Origin: a virus
Lineage: Duplodnaviria; Heunggongvirae; Uroviricota; Caudoviricetes
IMG/VR virus record: IMGVR_UViG_3300037454_000603
Location: 79,646 to 143,645 of that record
DNA: 64,000 nucleotides
Direction: 5' to 3' (one strand)
Below the pieces are notes generated by a model. It did no database searches and was not told the origin of the DNA. It worked only from the letters and a program-made list of their open reading frames with translations. Every line of letters begins with the position of its first letter. Position 1 is the first letter of the stretch. The translations under genes and the position numbers were made by a program. This document shows positions 41,559 through 52,386 of the stretch, one piece after another.

Positions 41559-42407
41559 ATGGTCCGCAAAGAACTAGATAATTATTATGAACAAAAATTT
41601 GGAAAGAAACTTCCTTCCTCAACTTTATCCAAGTGGGTAGCCCAAGGAAAAGTAAAAGCAATCAAGAAGCCAAATGGAACATATGATTATGACTTTGAAA
41701 GTTTCAAAGCCATAGTTGATAGCCCTGAATATAGTAAAAAAATCAAAGCTTCTAAATCTAAACCACAAGATTTTATAGGAAAAACTTTTGGGCAATTATT
41801 AATTAAGGGTATTGTTCCGCCAGAAGAAAAAATAGATAAATCTTATAATGGAACCTTTATGTATTGTGATTGTTTATCATGCGGCAATCAAAACGTTCAA
41901 GTAAAATTTACGTATTTAACTGGCAATGGTAATTACCAAAGAACTTCATGTGGGTGTGATAGAAAATAGAGAGCCTTTGTGGCTTCAGCAAAATAGAAAT
42001 TAACAATTTCAGATTTAGATTTTTGTAAATAGGACTTTGAAAAATTTTTAATTGCTCATGGTATATTAATGAATTCAACTGATAATTACTATACAACGTG
42101 CTCAAAAGAAGAATATTTGTAGACAGTTAAATATTTATTTTTTGATAAACAATTTAATGCTATATATAATTTTTGGCAGAATAAAAAAGGAATTGATAAG
42201 ACTTATTATGACTGGGCTAAGCCTAGTTTAGACCATAAAATTCCCAAGTCACGTGGCGGCACTAATAAATTAGATAATTTGTAGGTATTAACAGTATTTG
42301 AAAATTTAGCAAAAAGAGATATGACTTGGGAAGAATGGAATAACTTTAAAAAAGAAACTAAAACTCATTCTGATTATTTTATTGAGAATTTTATAAAGGA
42401 GGAATGA
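41559..42407 (+). CDS. HNH homing endonuclease with N-terminal HTH and Cys-rich module (282 aa; 5 TAG)
   Basis: SLDHKIPKSRGGTNKLDNL(TAG)VLTVFENLAKRD; GGAGG RBS; immediately upstream of dnaE. Confidence 0.8.
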
Positions 42408-42414
42408 AATAACA

Positions 42415-45400
42415 ATGGAGTTTTACGGTAGCGCACATTCGCATACCGACCGCAGCAATTTTAGATTGCGAGACAGTACTAATAAACTAGAAGAAATGTG
42501 TTGGTATGCGGCTGACGTATTAAAACATAATTTTATAGCGATTACAGACCACGAAACAATTGCAACGGCGATTGACTGCCAGAAAGTTGAAAAGAAAATC
42601 AGGGAAACTTATCCTGAATTTAAGATAATCAGAGGTAATGAAATTTATCTTTGTCGAAATGGATTATCTAAAGCCAACTATAAAAAAGGAGAAGACTATT
42701 TCTATCATTGGATACTCATTGCGAAGGACGCCGAGGGTCACCGACAGATTAGAGAAATATCTACTCGGGCTTGGTCACGTTGTTTTCTCACTGGACATAT
42801 GATGAGAGTTCCGACCTATTACCAAGATTTGATTGATATAATCGGAGCCAATCCTGGTCATGTAATTATGAGTACAGCCTGCTTGGGGTCAAAGCCTTCT
42901 AAGCTTATTTTGAAATATACAAAAACTCAGATTTCTGAGGAATATGAATATATTAAACAGTGGTTGCTGCATATAAGCGAAATATGTGGAAAAGAAAACT
43001 TCTTTCTTGAAGTTCAGCCTTCTTTTAATAAGGAACAGATTGCTGTTAATAAAATATACAAACAATTATCCGAGGAACTTAATTTTCCTATAATAATTAC
43101 TCTTGACGCGCATTATCTAAAGAAGGAAGACGAAGCTATTCACCATGCGTTCTTGACTTCTCAAGATGGAGAAAGAGAGACTTCGGAGTTCTATGCTTCG
43201 ACTTATATGATGAGCCGTGAAGAAATTCATTCTTATATGGACGATTCAATTGGGAAGGAAACTGTTAGCAAATGGATGAATAATACTAAAGCAATTTATG
43301 ACGCTTGCGAGGATTATGATTTAACTAAGCCAACTCGTATTGTTTATCTTCCTTTGACAATTGATAAAATAACTTTCGAAGAGTTTATGATGTATAGGGA
43401 TAGAATTAAAGAACTTGAATATTTCTACAAATCTCCACATCAAGAGAACAGAGACCTCGCCGCGGCAATAGTAAGAAAAATTCTTGTTGACCCAGAGCAA
43501 TATGATAATGGACCTACATACGAGGCAATAGATGATAACCTTAAAGCAATTCGTCTGGCTTCTGAAAAGATGAACACTCAATGGAGTGCATACTTGCTTA
43601 ACCTGCGAGATTACGTCAATGTAATTTGGGAAAAAGGAGACTCCTTAATGGGACCCGCCCGTGGTTCTGGTACAGGATTCTTGCTTCTTAACATGCTAGG
43701 CGTAACACAGATTAATCCTTTAAGAGAAACAACTAAAACTTACAGTTTCCGTTTTCTTAATCCTGAGCGTGTTAGCCCCTTGGACGTTGACTTGGATATA
43801 GAAGGAGGTAAGCGACCTCAAGTATACAAAGCTCTTCAAGACACTTATGGCGTAGATAGAGTTTCTAAAGTTCTTACTATACGTACAGAAGCTACAAAAT
43901 CAGCTATACTTACAGCTGCAAGAGGACTTGGACTTGATCCTGACGAAGGAGCTTATTTAGCTTCATTTATTAAAAGCGATAGAGGACAGCAAAGAACTCT
44001 TGACCAGACTTATTATGGCGATGAAGAAAATGATATTAAGCCCGACTTAAAGTTCAGAGAATTAATGGACGGAAAATATCATAATGTTTGGGAAGTTGCT
44101 AAATTTATAGCAGGTCTTTGTTCTGGTTGTGGAAGTCACGCAGGAGGAGTTATCTTCTATGATGAACCTATTACTAATAGTACGGCTTTAATGCAAACAA
44201 CCAATGGAGACGTCATTACTCAGTATGACCTGCATACAGTAGAAGACGTTGGCTCTCTTAAAATTGACCTTTTGTCAATTCAAGGACTGGATAGAATGAG
44301 AGCTTGTCTTGATTTGTTAACAGAATATGGTTATGTTGATAGTACTCTACCTTTGAGACAGAGATATGAACAGACCATTGGAGTATATAAACTTGAAAGA
44401 AAAGAACCTAAGATGTGGGATATGATTGCCGCACATAAAATACAGAGTCTGTTCCAGATGGAACAGCAAAGCGGTATAAAAGGTATCGCCGCGGTTAAAC
44501 CCACTTCCATTGATGACCTTGCCGCCCTTAATGCGGTTATCCGTTTGATGGCACCAGAGAAAGGCGCCGAGCAGCCTATTGAAAAGTTTGCTAGATTCAA
44601 GGCTAATCCTTCTTTATGGTATGATGAAATGGATAATTATGGAGTTAGTAAAGCGGGTCAAAAAGTTCTTGAAAAGATTGTAGGAATTTCCTATGGACTT
44701 TGTATTCAGCAAGAACAATTTATGATGTTGGTTCAGCAGCCTGAAATCGGAGGTTTTACACTTCTTTGGGCAGATAGACTTAGAAAAGCAATTTCTAAGA
44801 AAAAGCCTCAAGAATATGAAGCTCTAACAAAAGAGTTCTATGAACAGACGGCTGAAAAAGGTTGCGAAGCCAACTTGTGTAGATATGTTTGGGAAGTTCT
44901 AATTGCGATGAACCGTGGATATGGTTTTAATGCCGCTCATACCTTGGCTTATTCTATAGTGGCATTGCAAGAAATGAACTTAGCTTTTAGATATCCGATT
45001 TTATTCTGGGATACTGCAAATCTAATAGTAGACTCTGGTTCTATGAATCTATCAGAAGAAATCCTTAATGAGGAAGAAGATTTTGAAGAAGAAGAAGAAA
45101 CAGAAGAAGAATCATATGAAGACAGTTTCTTCGATGAAGATATCGGAGAAGATGAAGAAGAGGATATTAGTACAGAAAACAAAGCTAAGAAAAAGCTTAA
45201 GAACTCTTCAACAGATTATGGTAAGATTAGTTCAGCTATTGGTAAAATGAAAGCAAGAGGTGTCGCTTTCGCGTTGCCTAATATAAATAAGTCTACCATA
45301 ACTTTTTCTCCTGACCTTGAAAATAATCGTATTCTTTATGGTCTTAGAGGACTTCAAAGAATAGGCAATCAGCTTATTAAGGATATATTCCAAAACAGAC

Positions 45401-46437
45401 CTTATAGAGATATTTTTGATTTTATGGATAAAGTTAAGGTTAATAAGACTCAAATGATTTCTTTAATAAAGGCGGGAGTTTTTGATGAACTTTATACTAG
45501 CCTTGGAAAAACTCGCTATGACATTATGCATGATTATTTAATTAGTATAGCTGACCAAAAGAAACGCATTACTTTACAGAATATGCAAATGCTGGCTACT
45601 AAAGGTATGATTCCAGAAGAATTGCAGTTTGAACAGAAACTCTTCTTCTTTAATAAATATCTAAAAAAGAACAAAGACGGAGATAACTATTACTTAGATA
45701 ATATAGCCTTTAACTTTTACAATAATAACTATGGAGAGAAAAACTTAAAAAATATAAAAATAACAGGAGACGGCGGAACAGCATATATTTCTCAGAGCAC
45801 CTGGGATAGTATTTATAAAAATGGTATGGAGCCTGTTAGAGCTTGGATGAAAGCAAATCAAGAAGAAATTCTTTATAGCCTCAACCAGAGACTTTTTGAT
45901 GAGACAGCAGAAAAATATGCTCAGGGCAATATATCAAAGTGGGAAATGGATAGTTTAAGCTTTTACTATCACGACCACGAATTAGCAAAACTCAAAACTT
46001 TGGTATATGATGTAGATGATTATGAAAGCCTCGAAGAAGAGGAAATAGATAAGCAATTCACTACAAAAGATGGCGACGAAATTACAATGTTTAAAATTCA
46101 TAGAATTGCGGGCACAGTAATTGATAAAAACAAAACTAAGAGTTCAGTAACATTATTAACTACTTCAGGAGTTGTTACTGTAAAAGTTTGGAAAAATCAA
46201 TTTTCAGCTTGGGATAAACAGATTTCTGAGAAAGGCTCTGATGGTAAAAAACACGTCATTGAAAAATCTTGGTTTACAAGAGGAACTAAATTAATTATCA
46301 CTGGTATTAAAAGAGAAAATACTTTTATACCGAAAAAATATAAGAGTACTTCTTATCCTCTTTTTGAGAAAATTGAAGAATTGAGTGACGATGGCTTTAT
46401 ACTTAAATCCGCAACAGAAAGAGTAGAGGTGGCTTAA
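42415..46437 (+). CDS. dnaE: DNA polymerase III alpha subunit, 1340 aa
   Basis: PHP motifs HSHTD, TDH, GNE, DAH; GPARGS, DVDLD, SHAGG, KIDLL, GYGFNAAH; C-terminal OB fold; no TAG. Confidence 0.95.
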   Translation: MEFYGSAHSHTDRSNFRLRDSTNKLEEMCWYAADVLKHNFIAITDHETIATAIDCQKVEKKIRETYPEFKIIRGNEIYLCRNGLSKANYKKGEDYFYHWILIAKDAEGHRQIREISTRAWSRCFLTGHMMRVPTYYQDLIDIIGANPGHVIMSTACLGSKPSKLILKYTKTQISEEYEYIKQWLLHISEICGKENFFLEVQPSFNKEQIAVNKIYKQLSEELNFPIIITLDAHYLKKEDEAIHHAFLTSQDGERETSEFYASTYMMSREEIHSYMDDSIGKETVSKWMNNTKAIYDACEDYDLTKPTRIVYLPLTIDKITFEEFMMYRDRIKELEYFYKSPHQENRDLAAAIVRKILVDPEQYDNGPTYEAIDDNLKAIRLASEKMNTQWSAYLLNLRDYVNVIWEKGDSLMGPARGSGTGFLLLNMLGVTQINPLRETTKTYSFRFLNPERVSPLDVDLDIEGGKRPQVYKALQDTYGVDRVSKVLTIRTEATKSAILTAARGLGLDPDEGAYLASFIKSDRGQQRTLDQTYYGDEENDIKPDLKFRELMDGKYHNVWEVAKFIAGLCSGCGSHAGGVIFYDEPITNSTALMQTTNGDVITQYDLHTVEDVGSLKIDLLSIQGLDRMRACLDLLTEYGYVDSTLPLRQRYEQTIGVYKLERKEPKMWDMIAAHKIQSLFQMEQQSGIKGIAAVKPTSIDDLAALNAVIRLMAPEKGAEQPIEKFARFKANPSLWYDEMDNYGVSKAGQKVLEKIVGISYGLCIQQEQFMMLVQQPEIGGFTLLWADRLRKAISKKKPQEYEALTKEFYEQTAEKGCEANLCRYVWEVLIAMNRGYGFNAAHTLAYSIVALQEMNLAFRYPILFWDTANLIVDSGSMNLSEEILNEEEDFEEEEETEEESYEDSFFDEDIGEDEEEDISTENKAKKKLKNSSTDYGKISSAIGKMKARGVAFALPNINKSTITFSPDLENNRILYGLRGLQRIGNQLIKDIFQNRPYRDIFDFMDKVKVNKTQMISLIKAGVFDELYTSLGKTRYDIMHDYLISIADQKKRITLQNMQMLATKGMIPEELQFEQKLFFFNKYLKKNKDGDNYYLDNIAFNFYNNNYGEKNLKNIKITGDGGTAYISQSTWDSIYKNGMEPVRAWMKANQEEILYSLNQRLFDETAEKYAQGNISKWEMDSLSFYYHDHELAKLKTLVYDVDDYESLEEEEIDKQFTTKDGDEITMFKIHRIAGTVIDKNKTKSSVTLLTTSGVVTVKVWKNQFSAWDKQISEKGSDGKKHVIEKSWFTRGTKLIITGIKRENTFIPKKYKSTSYPLFEKIEELSDDGFILKSATERVEVA

Positions 46438-47393
46438 TGGCATGCATAGGTTTATATGATATAGAGCTTTGGCATCGTGGAAAGGCGATGCCAAACCTCG
46501 AACTTATGAAAATTTATAATTATCATTATAATAAAGGTGATAAGATTATAATGATGAGACCAAATGAAAATGAAGGACGTTTTAATTAGATAATTTATTT
46601 TAAAGACAATCCTAATACTCAATTATCTAAAACACTTTAGTTAAGTGGACCAAATAAAAAAATTTATGGGTATGGTTTTTATAACGGTTTTTATCCTCTT
46701 GATGAAAAATATTAGAATGAACCACCTTGCTATCTTCCTTATGAACCTTTTACAGAACGTTTCGCCGCGGCCTCATATCGTTTAATTAAAAATTCTTCTT
46801 TAATTAGGTTAGAAAATCAAGATTTTTCTGATTTCAAAAAAGAAAAAACATGGATAAGTTTTGCTGACCATAATTTACTTTATATTGATGGAACGAAAGA
46901 TTTCTTTGAAGAAAATAAAAATCATAGATTTAATCCTCTTCATAGTTTAAACGTAATAGATGAACAAACTTTCTTGAACTTCGTTTAGTATGTTCCACTT
47001 ATGAATAGACGTTTATTGGTTTAGTTCAAATTCTCTGAGGAATTATTTAAAAATTATTTTAATGACAATATTACTTTTGATTGGCTCAATCCTTGGGAAA
47101 AAGAAAATCAAGAACATTTCTTACAAAGAATTATTACCATGTTCCTATATTATAAAACTAATAATGCTAATATAATAATAGAAATTCACCCTGAAGCAAA
47201 AAATTTACTAGACTATATTCTTATTTGGGGAATGAAAGGGCGGCAGCAATCCTATCAAGAATATTATACAAATGAAAATAATCAAAAAGCTCTTTCTTTT
47301 ATTGAGAATTCTTCTAGTGAAATTAGAACTCTATTAAAAAGTAAACCTTCTAAAATGCAAAGTTCAGATATTGACTTCAAAGGCATTCTATGA
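46437..47393 (+). CDS. hypothetical protein whose N-terminus resembles phage radical-SAM-like proteins (318 aa; 5 TAG)
   Basis: IGLYDIE...PNLELMKIYNYH..KGD; open to TGA with TAG=Q; no CxxxCxxC. Confidence 0.55.
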
Positions 47394-47399
47394 TATAAT
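47371..47399 (+). promoter_or_regulatory. extended -10 sigma70-type promoter
   Basis: TTGACT-N17-TATAAT with TGn. Confidence 0.75.
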
Positions 47400-47429
47400 T
47401 ATAATATAAAGAAAAGGAGGAATTTTAAA

Positions 47430-47633
47430 ATGAGTATAGATGAGATTAAGTTAAGATATGACTTTATTAATAAAGAATTAAACACCTTAGAATCAGAACT
47501 CAAATCAATTTCAATAACAACTTTTGAACTTAATCCTCATATCACAGAGCTTACTGAGAAGATAAAAGGATTAAAGGATGAACGTCAAAGTTTGTTTGAA
47601 AAGATTAAAGAAAATGGTGTGGAGGATAATTAA
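47430..47633 (+). CDS. coiled-coil protein
   Basis: 67 aa; AGGAGG RBS. Confidence 0.65.
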   Translation: MSIDEIKLRYDFINKELNTLESELKSISITTFELNPHITELTEKIKGLKDERQSLFEKIKENGVEDN

Positions 47634-48374
47634 ATGGAAAATAGAATTGCTTTAACAAACGAAGACGGCACAATGAAGTCAAGAGAGGAATTTCTCGAAG
47701 AAATGACTGAGCTTTACGAGTCACTTAGTGAAGTTGAAAAGTGTCATGAAATATCTCCCATATATACAGCTTGTACACAGGCTGAATGTCAAATTGACCC
47801 TATTGCGGCGATGAATACTTATAATTTCATTGATAAAGCTATTACAATCAGAGATGTAATTACAGATGATACGGCAAAAACAGTAATAGACCAGATTCGT
47901 TTTTGGAATGCTGTCGACTTAGATGATGACAATCCAGACCCAATAGTTCTTTATATAGACTCTGACGGTGGAAGTCTTACAGCTACTTTATCAATTATAG
48001 GTGCTATCAAAACTTCTCGGACTCCAGTTTATACTGTTAATTTAGGTAAGGCTTATAGCGGAGGATTTTTCATTTTAGTCGCAGGACATAAGAGATATGC
48101 GCTACCTTATAGTTCATATATGTTTCACGAGGGCGGTACAATGGTTGGTGGAGATGCGCACAAAGTAATTCAAAGCGTTAGTTTCTATCGTCGTCAATTA
48201 GAAACGTTGAGAAAATTTGTATTGAAAAATACAAATATTAATGAAGAGACCTACGAGCTTTACAAGAAAGATGATTGGTGGCTCGATAATGCAGAAGCTC
48301 TTAAATATAAAGTAATAGATGAAGAAATAGATGATATTACTATCTTTGAGAAAAACGAGGAGGACAATAATTAA
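47634..48374 (+). CDS. clpP: ClpP-like serine protease
   Basis: LYIDSDGGS, GKAYSGGF (catalytic Ser), YMFHE (His), DWWLDNAEALKYKVIDE. Confidence 0.82.
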   Translation: MENRIALTNEDGTMKSREEFLEEMTELYESLSEVEKCHEISPIYTACTQAECQIDPIAAMNTYNFIDKAITIRDVITDDTAKTVIDQIRFWNAVDLDDDNPDPIVLYIDSDGGSLTATLSIIGAIKTSRTPVYTVNLGKAYSGGFFILVAGHKRYALPYSSYMFHEGGTMVGGDAHKVIQSVSFYRRQLETLRKFVLKNTNINEETYELYKKDDWWLDNAEALKYKVIDEEIDDITIFEKNEEDNN

Positions 48375-49153
48375 TGGCGAATATTTTTGATAAAATTAAA
48401 GATAATATCCCAATGGGAGAAGAATGGGAAAGTTTTGAAAAAATTCTCACACTTCCTGACGAACAATTTGAAATGGTGTATCCAAGTTTTAAGGAACAAC
48501 TTGATAAAATCTTTAGTAGCGAAAGTTTTCAAGATGAATTACTTACTGAAGTTAACTCTATAGATATATCTAATTTAAAAGAAGAAAGAAAAGACTTTGA
48601 AATTTTTCTTAAAGAAATAAGCGATGATGATTCTATTTCTGGCCATAAAAAGGAAGTTCTTTTATATTTCTTTAACAATGTGGTTAATAGACTTTATGAT
48701 ATGGCTGAGAACCCTAGAAAGAAAATTCGAGTTGGAATTGAGAAAATAAATGAAAACGCAAAAATTCCTGAATATGCTCACCCCAGTGATGCAGGTTGTG
48801 ACGTTTTTTCTGCCGAGACAGTGACTATTGCTTCGGGAGAGACTAAAATAGTAAAGACTGGAATTAGAGTTGCTATTCCTGCGGGATATGAAATTCAAAT
48901 CAGACCTCGTTCTGGACTTTCAGCTAAAACTGGCATTCGAGTAGCCAATGCACCAGGAACTATCGATTCAATGTATCGAGGAGAGATAGGTATTATTCTT
49001 CATAATACTAGCTCAGACACTTATACAATTGAAACAGGAGATAAAATTGCTCAAATGATTATAGCTCAATCTCCTATGATAAAATGGGTAGAAGAAATAA
49101 TTAATATGGATACTGACCGCGGCACAGGTGGCTTTGGCAGTACTGGAAATTAA
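48374..49153 (+). CDS. dut: trimeric dUTPase with about 115-aa acidic N-terminal extension
   Basis: SDAGCD, RPRSG, GTIDSMYRGEIGI, IAQMI, RGTGGFGSTG motifs I-V. Confidence 0.9.
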   Translation: MANIFDKIKDNIPMGEEWESFEKILTLPDEQFEMVYPSFKEQLDKIFSSESFQDELLTEVNSIDISNLKEERKDFEIFLKEISDDDSISGHKKEVLLYFFNNVVNRLYDMAENPRKKIRVGIEKINENAKIPEYAHPSDAGCDVFSAETVTIASGETKIVKTGIRVAIPAGYEIQIRPRSGLSAKTGIRVANAPGTIDSMYRGEIGIILHNTSSDTYTIETGDKIAQMIIAQSPMIKWVEEIINMDTDRGTGGFGSTGN

Positions 49154-49166
49154 TTCCGTGATTTAA

Positions 49167-49904
49167 TTGGGAAAGATAAAATATGAAGAAGTAAAATCAG
49201 ATATTAATGATAGCGGTTGGCAATTAGCTTCAACCAAATATGTAAATCTTAAAACTGATTTAGAGTTAATTTGTCCTAATGGACACACCATTTATAAAAC
49301 ATATGGTGATTGGCGGGATGAAGAGCAACATCAGTGTCCAATTTGTATTAAACAGCCCTTCAAAAAAATTAGTGAAAGGGCCACAAAGAAAAAAGGATAT
49401 CGAATATTAGCCTTTGATTAGGCAAGTATTACAAGTGGTTGGAGTTTATTTGAAGATGGTAAATTAATAAATTATGGTAAATGGACTTCAAATGGAGAAA
49501 AAAATACTCAAAGAATTTCTTAGACTAAAGCTTGGGTGGCTTCTTTAATAGAAAGTCACCAACCTAATGAAGTTATTTTAGAAGATATACAATTATAGAA
49601 ATTTTCTTCTGAACAAGGTGGAGAAAGTGCCGCCGTAACAACTTATAAAAAGTTGGCTCATTTACAAGGCGTTTTAAAAAATTATTGCTACGAAAATGGT
49701 ATTCCTTATAAAATTGCTCCGCCTGCAACTTGGCGCTCATATTCTAATGTAAAAGGTAAAAGTAGAACAGATAGAAAACGAAGTGCTCAGCTTATAGTAA
49801 AAAATATTTACGATGTTGATGTAAGTGAAGATGAGGCAGATGCAATATTAATCGGCCGCTGGGCCGCGGCATAGTAGAAGAAAACAGAAATAATTATGTT
49901 TTAA
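49167..49904 (+). CDS. ruvC: RuvC-like Holliday-junction resolvase with N-terminal Zn ribbon (245 aa; TAG=Gln)
   Basis: CPNGH...CPIC; ILAFD(TAG)ASITSGW, ILEDI, LAHLQGV, DEADAILIG. Confidence 0.75.
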
Positions 49905-49955
49905 TAAGATAAAAAGAGCCTGACAATAGCCAAGCTCTTTATGATACCTCTATAA

Positions 49956-49992
49956 AAGAGCGAGTAGTATGTCCAGCTACTCGCTCTTTCTT
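49956..49992. terminator. bidirectional terminator between the replication arm and the minus-strand cassette
   Basis: AAAGAGCGAGTAG-TATGTCCAG-CTACTCGCTCTTT; a second weaker stem at about 49912-49940. Confidence 0.75.
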
Positions 49993-49993
49993 T

Positions 49994-50368
49994 TTATTTT
50001 ACTTTATAAATACACCAAATAAAACGGTCTGACGGATTAAATGTATCATAACAAATGCCATCTACTACTGCTGTAATATGCCCTGCCATAGTAACAAGCC
50101 ACCTTCCTTTTAAGTTCAAATCTAAAAAATCTTGAAGTGTTATTATTCTATTAAAGGTTTTCTAGCAATATCTTGAATAGCGATTTGCTAAATATTCATC
50201 AATAAATTCAATCTCAGAAAAAGTTATGCCTTCTTCTCGGCTAAAATTGGCAAGTTCCTTATAAGTCTCATCCCAACTTTTTTCAGTTGCGAGAGCAATT
50301 GCTCTAACACTGCAATCGTTGACATGTCGGCCAAAAGGATTGTTATTATAATATTTATAATGAATCAA
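49994..50368 (-). CDS. cassette gene 6: putative papain/C39-like Cys peptidase (124 aa; 1 TAG)
   Basis: NDCSVRAIA...W...GHITAVVDG..YDTF gives a Cys-His-Asp candidate triad. Confidence 0.55.
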
Positions 50369-50844
50369 ATCTTTTTTAATTTTTCAATATGTTTTCTTAT
50401 AACATCTTTTTCCTGAGAAGTTTCTGTATTATCCATCATATATTCAACAAAATTAACTAAGGCTCCCATAGCCATATCTACTCCATCAAGCATTTTTTCT
50501 TTGGACTAACCATCTCTATAACGATTTCTTCCTTCATTATAATTTAAAAGGCCTTCTTTAATTCGATTAAAATAACGTTCATCTCTCTCATTTAAAGGAT
50601 AGCTTTTATAATCATTATAATCTCTATAATCATGATTATCCCAATCTCTATAACGGCCTCTACTATCTCTTTCTCTTGCGCCGTAAGAATCTTCGCTATT
50701 AATTTGATCTTCATAATAACAAGCTTCCTTAATATCTTTATAAATATCAATTAATTTATAAGCAGTATCAAGATTGGAAGAAGTTATTCCTTTTTCTCCT
50801 ATGCTTTCAAGTTCTTTCTCGACTTTTCTTAAAAGTTCCTTCAT
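50365..50844 (-). CDS. cassette gene 5: helical protein with Y/R/D-rich low-complexity middle (159 aa)
   Basis: MKELLRKVEKELE...YKLIDIYKDI...RERDSRGRY...; TGATG overlap with gene 4. Confidence 0.7.
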
Positions 50845-51263
50845 CAACCTTCACCTCCTGAAGTATTTTGTGCGGCAGCCTCTATTGGTAAAGAGGGCGC
50901 CGCATTCTAATTACAACGGCAATTATAACAATTTAAGTTAGCTAAAAGTTTAAAAACTCCACTCTAAATATTAGTAAAAACTCTTGTAGCATAACGTGTT
51001 CTAGTAGTAATTTGGCTAGCATTAACATTTGTACAATTAGAATTTACTAATGGATACTAAACATCAGAAGCTCCTATTGTAATAGCGACCGTTGAAGCGA
51101 TAGTTGTTTCTGTTGGAATGTCTTGAGCAACAACTATACAATACTTTTCTTTATTTTCATAAGCTTGTTGAGGAAGATTAATTATTAAAACTCCATCAGT
51201 AAAAGTTACGGCTTGAGAAAAAACTAAATGACTACACAAACATCCTATATCTTTACAAGCCAT
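50844..51263 (-). CDS. cassette gene 4: Cys-flanked beta-rich protein (139 aa; 3 TAG)
   Basis: MACKDIGCLCSHLVFSQAV...CIVVAQDIP...YPLVNSNC...TRTRYATRV. Confidence 0.7.
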
Positions 51264-51275
51264 TTAAATCACCTA

Positions 51276-52115
51276 TCAAAAATTACCGCAGCCGCAACCA
51301 TTTACGCCATTATAGCCTAAAGATTGATAAGGTGAATTAGTAATATATGCAGGACGGCTAATAGGCTGAAGTGCGCCAAGAAGCTGCTCAGTTTGAGCTG
51401 CCTAAGAAATTTGGAACTTAGCATTTTGAAGCTCTGTTCTGAGGTTATCCATCTCTTTTTGGTTCATATAATCAATAAGTCTATCACCAAGTTTATCAAT
51501 ACCAACCATAGTTTGTGCTTGATTCTGAGCCATTAAATATTTAATGTCATCTTGTCCACGTTCAATGTCACAAGCATTAGTTGCAATAGCAGTAGAAACA
51601 TTATTAAATCCTGCCTGATTGTTAAAATTAGATTGCATTATAGCTTCTCTATTTTCACAGCAGCATTGAGCTCTCTAATAGTCACTATTAGCAATTGCAG
51701 ACTGAATAGAATTGAAACCATTGCACAGAGTACTCTAAACAGTATTAAAACCTTGCATTGTATTCATATTTGAATTAGCAAAGCTTGTCTAAATAGCTGT
51801 TCCCAAATTTGTTGTAGCTAAATTATTCTGATAGAAACCATCTACAACAGAATCATGAGTTGAAGTTATTCCCTAATTGAGAGAGCTGAAATTAAAAGCG
51901 TCAGAAACGCCCTAAGCGGTAGCAGGAGTGCAACAAGGACTGAAATTATTATTGCCAAAGTTTCCTCCCCACATACCATTGCCGCCCCAACCAAAGAAGA
52001 GAACAAGAAGAATAATCCACCACAATCCTCCTCCATTGCCGAAGCCATCGTTATCACCAGTTCCTCTAGCGAGAGCTAAAGCATCTGCGATACTTAAACC
52101 TTTGTTTTCGTCCAT
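51276..52115 (-). CDS. cassette gene 3: Gly/Asn-rich TM leader plus N/Q/S-rich helical repeats, CCC motif and C-terminal CGCG (279 aa; 6 TAG)
   Basis: GGAGG RBS; GGLWWIILLVLFFGWGGNG...AQCCCEI...NGCGCGNF; joins two track ORFs. Confidence 0.75.
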
Positions 52116-52155
52116 TTTTATGATACCTCCAATAATTTATTTCACGCTTTGCAAA

Positions 52156-52386
52156 TTATTTTAAAAGCTACATAAAATTATTGAACTCATTGTCCAGATT
52201 GAGTCCACGAGCCTAAAACATCTGCTAAGCGAGATTAACTAATTGCTAAGAGTCTCCATTCTAAGCATACTCAATTAAAGCCATAATATTTGGATTATTA
52301 ATATTATTATTTTTAATTGCTGATAAAACGACCTCCTTTGGATCTCGGCCTCGCATAAGCTATGCTATTACCATTAAATTATTCAT
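52156..52386 (-). CDS. cassette gene 2: small N/Q/M-rich helical protein (76 aa; 6 TAG)
   Basis: GGAGG RBS, ATGA overlap; MNNLMVIAQLMRGRDP...QQLVNLAQQMF; absent from the code-11 track. Confidence 0.7.
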
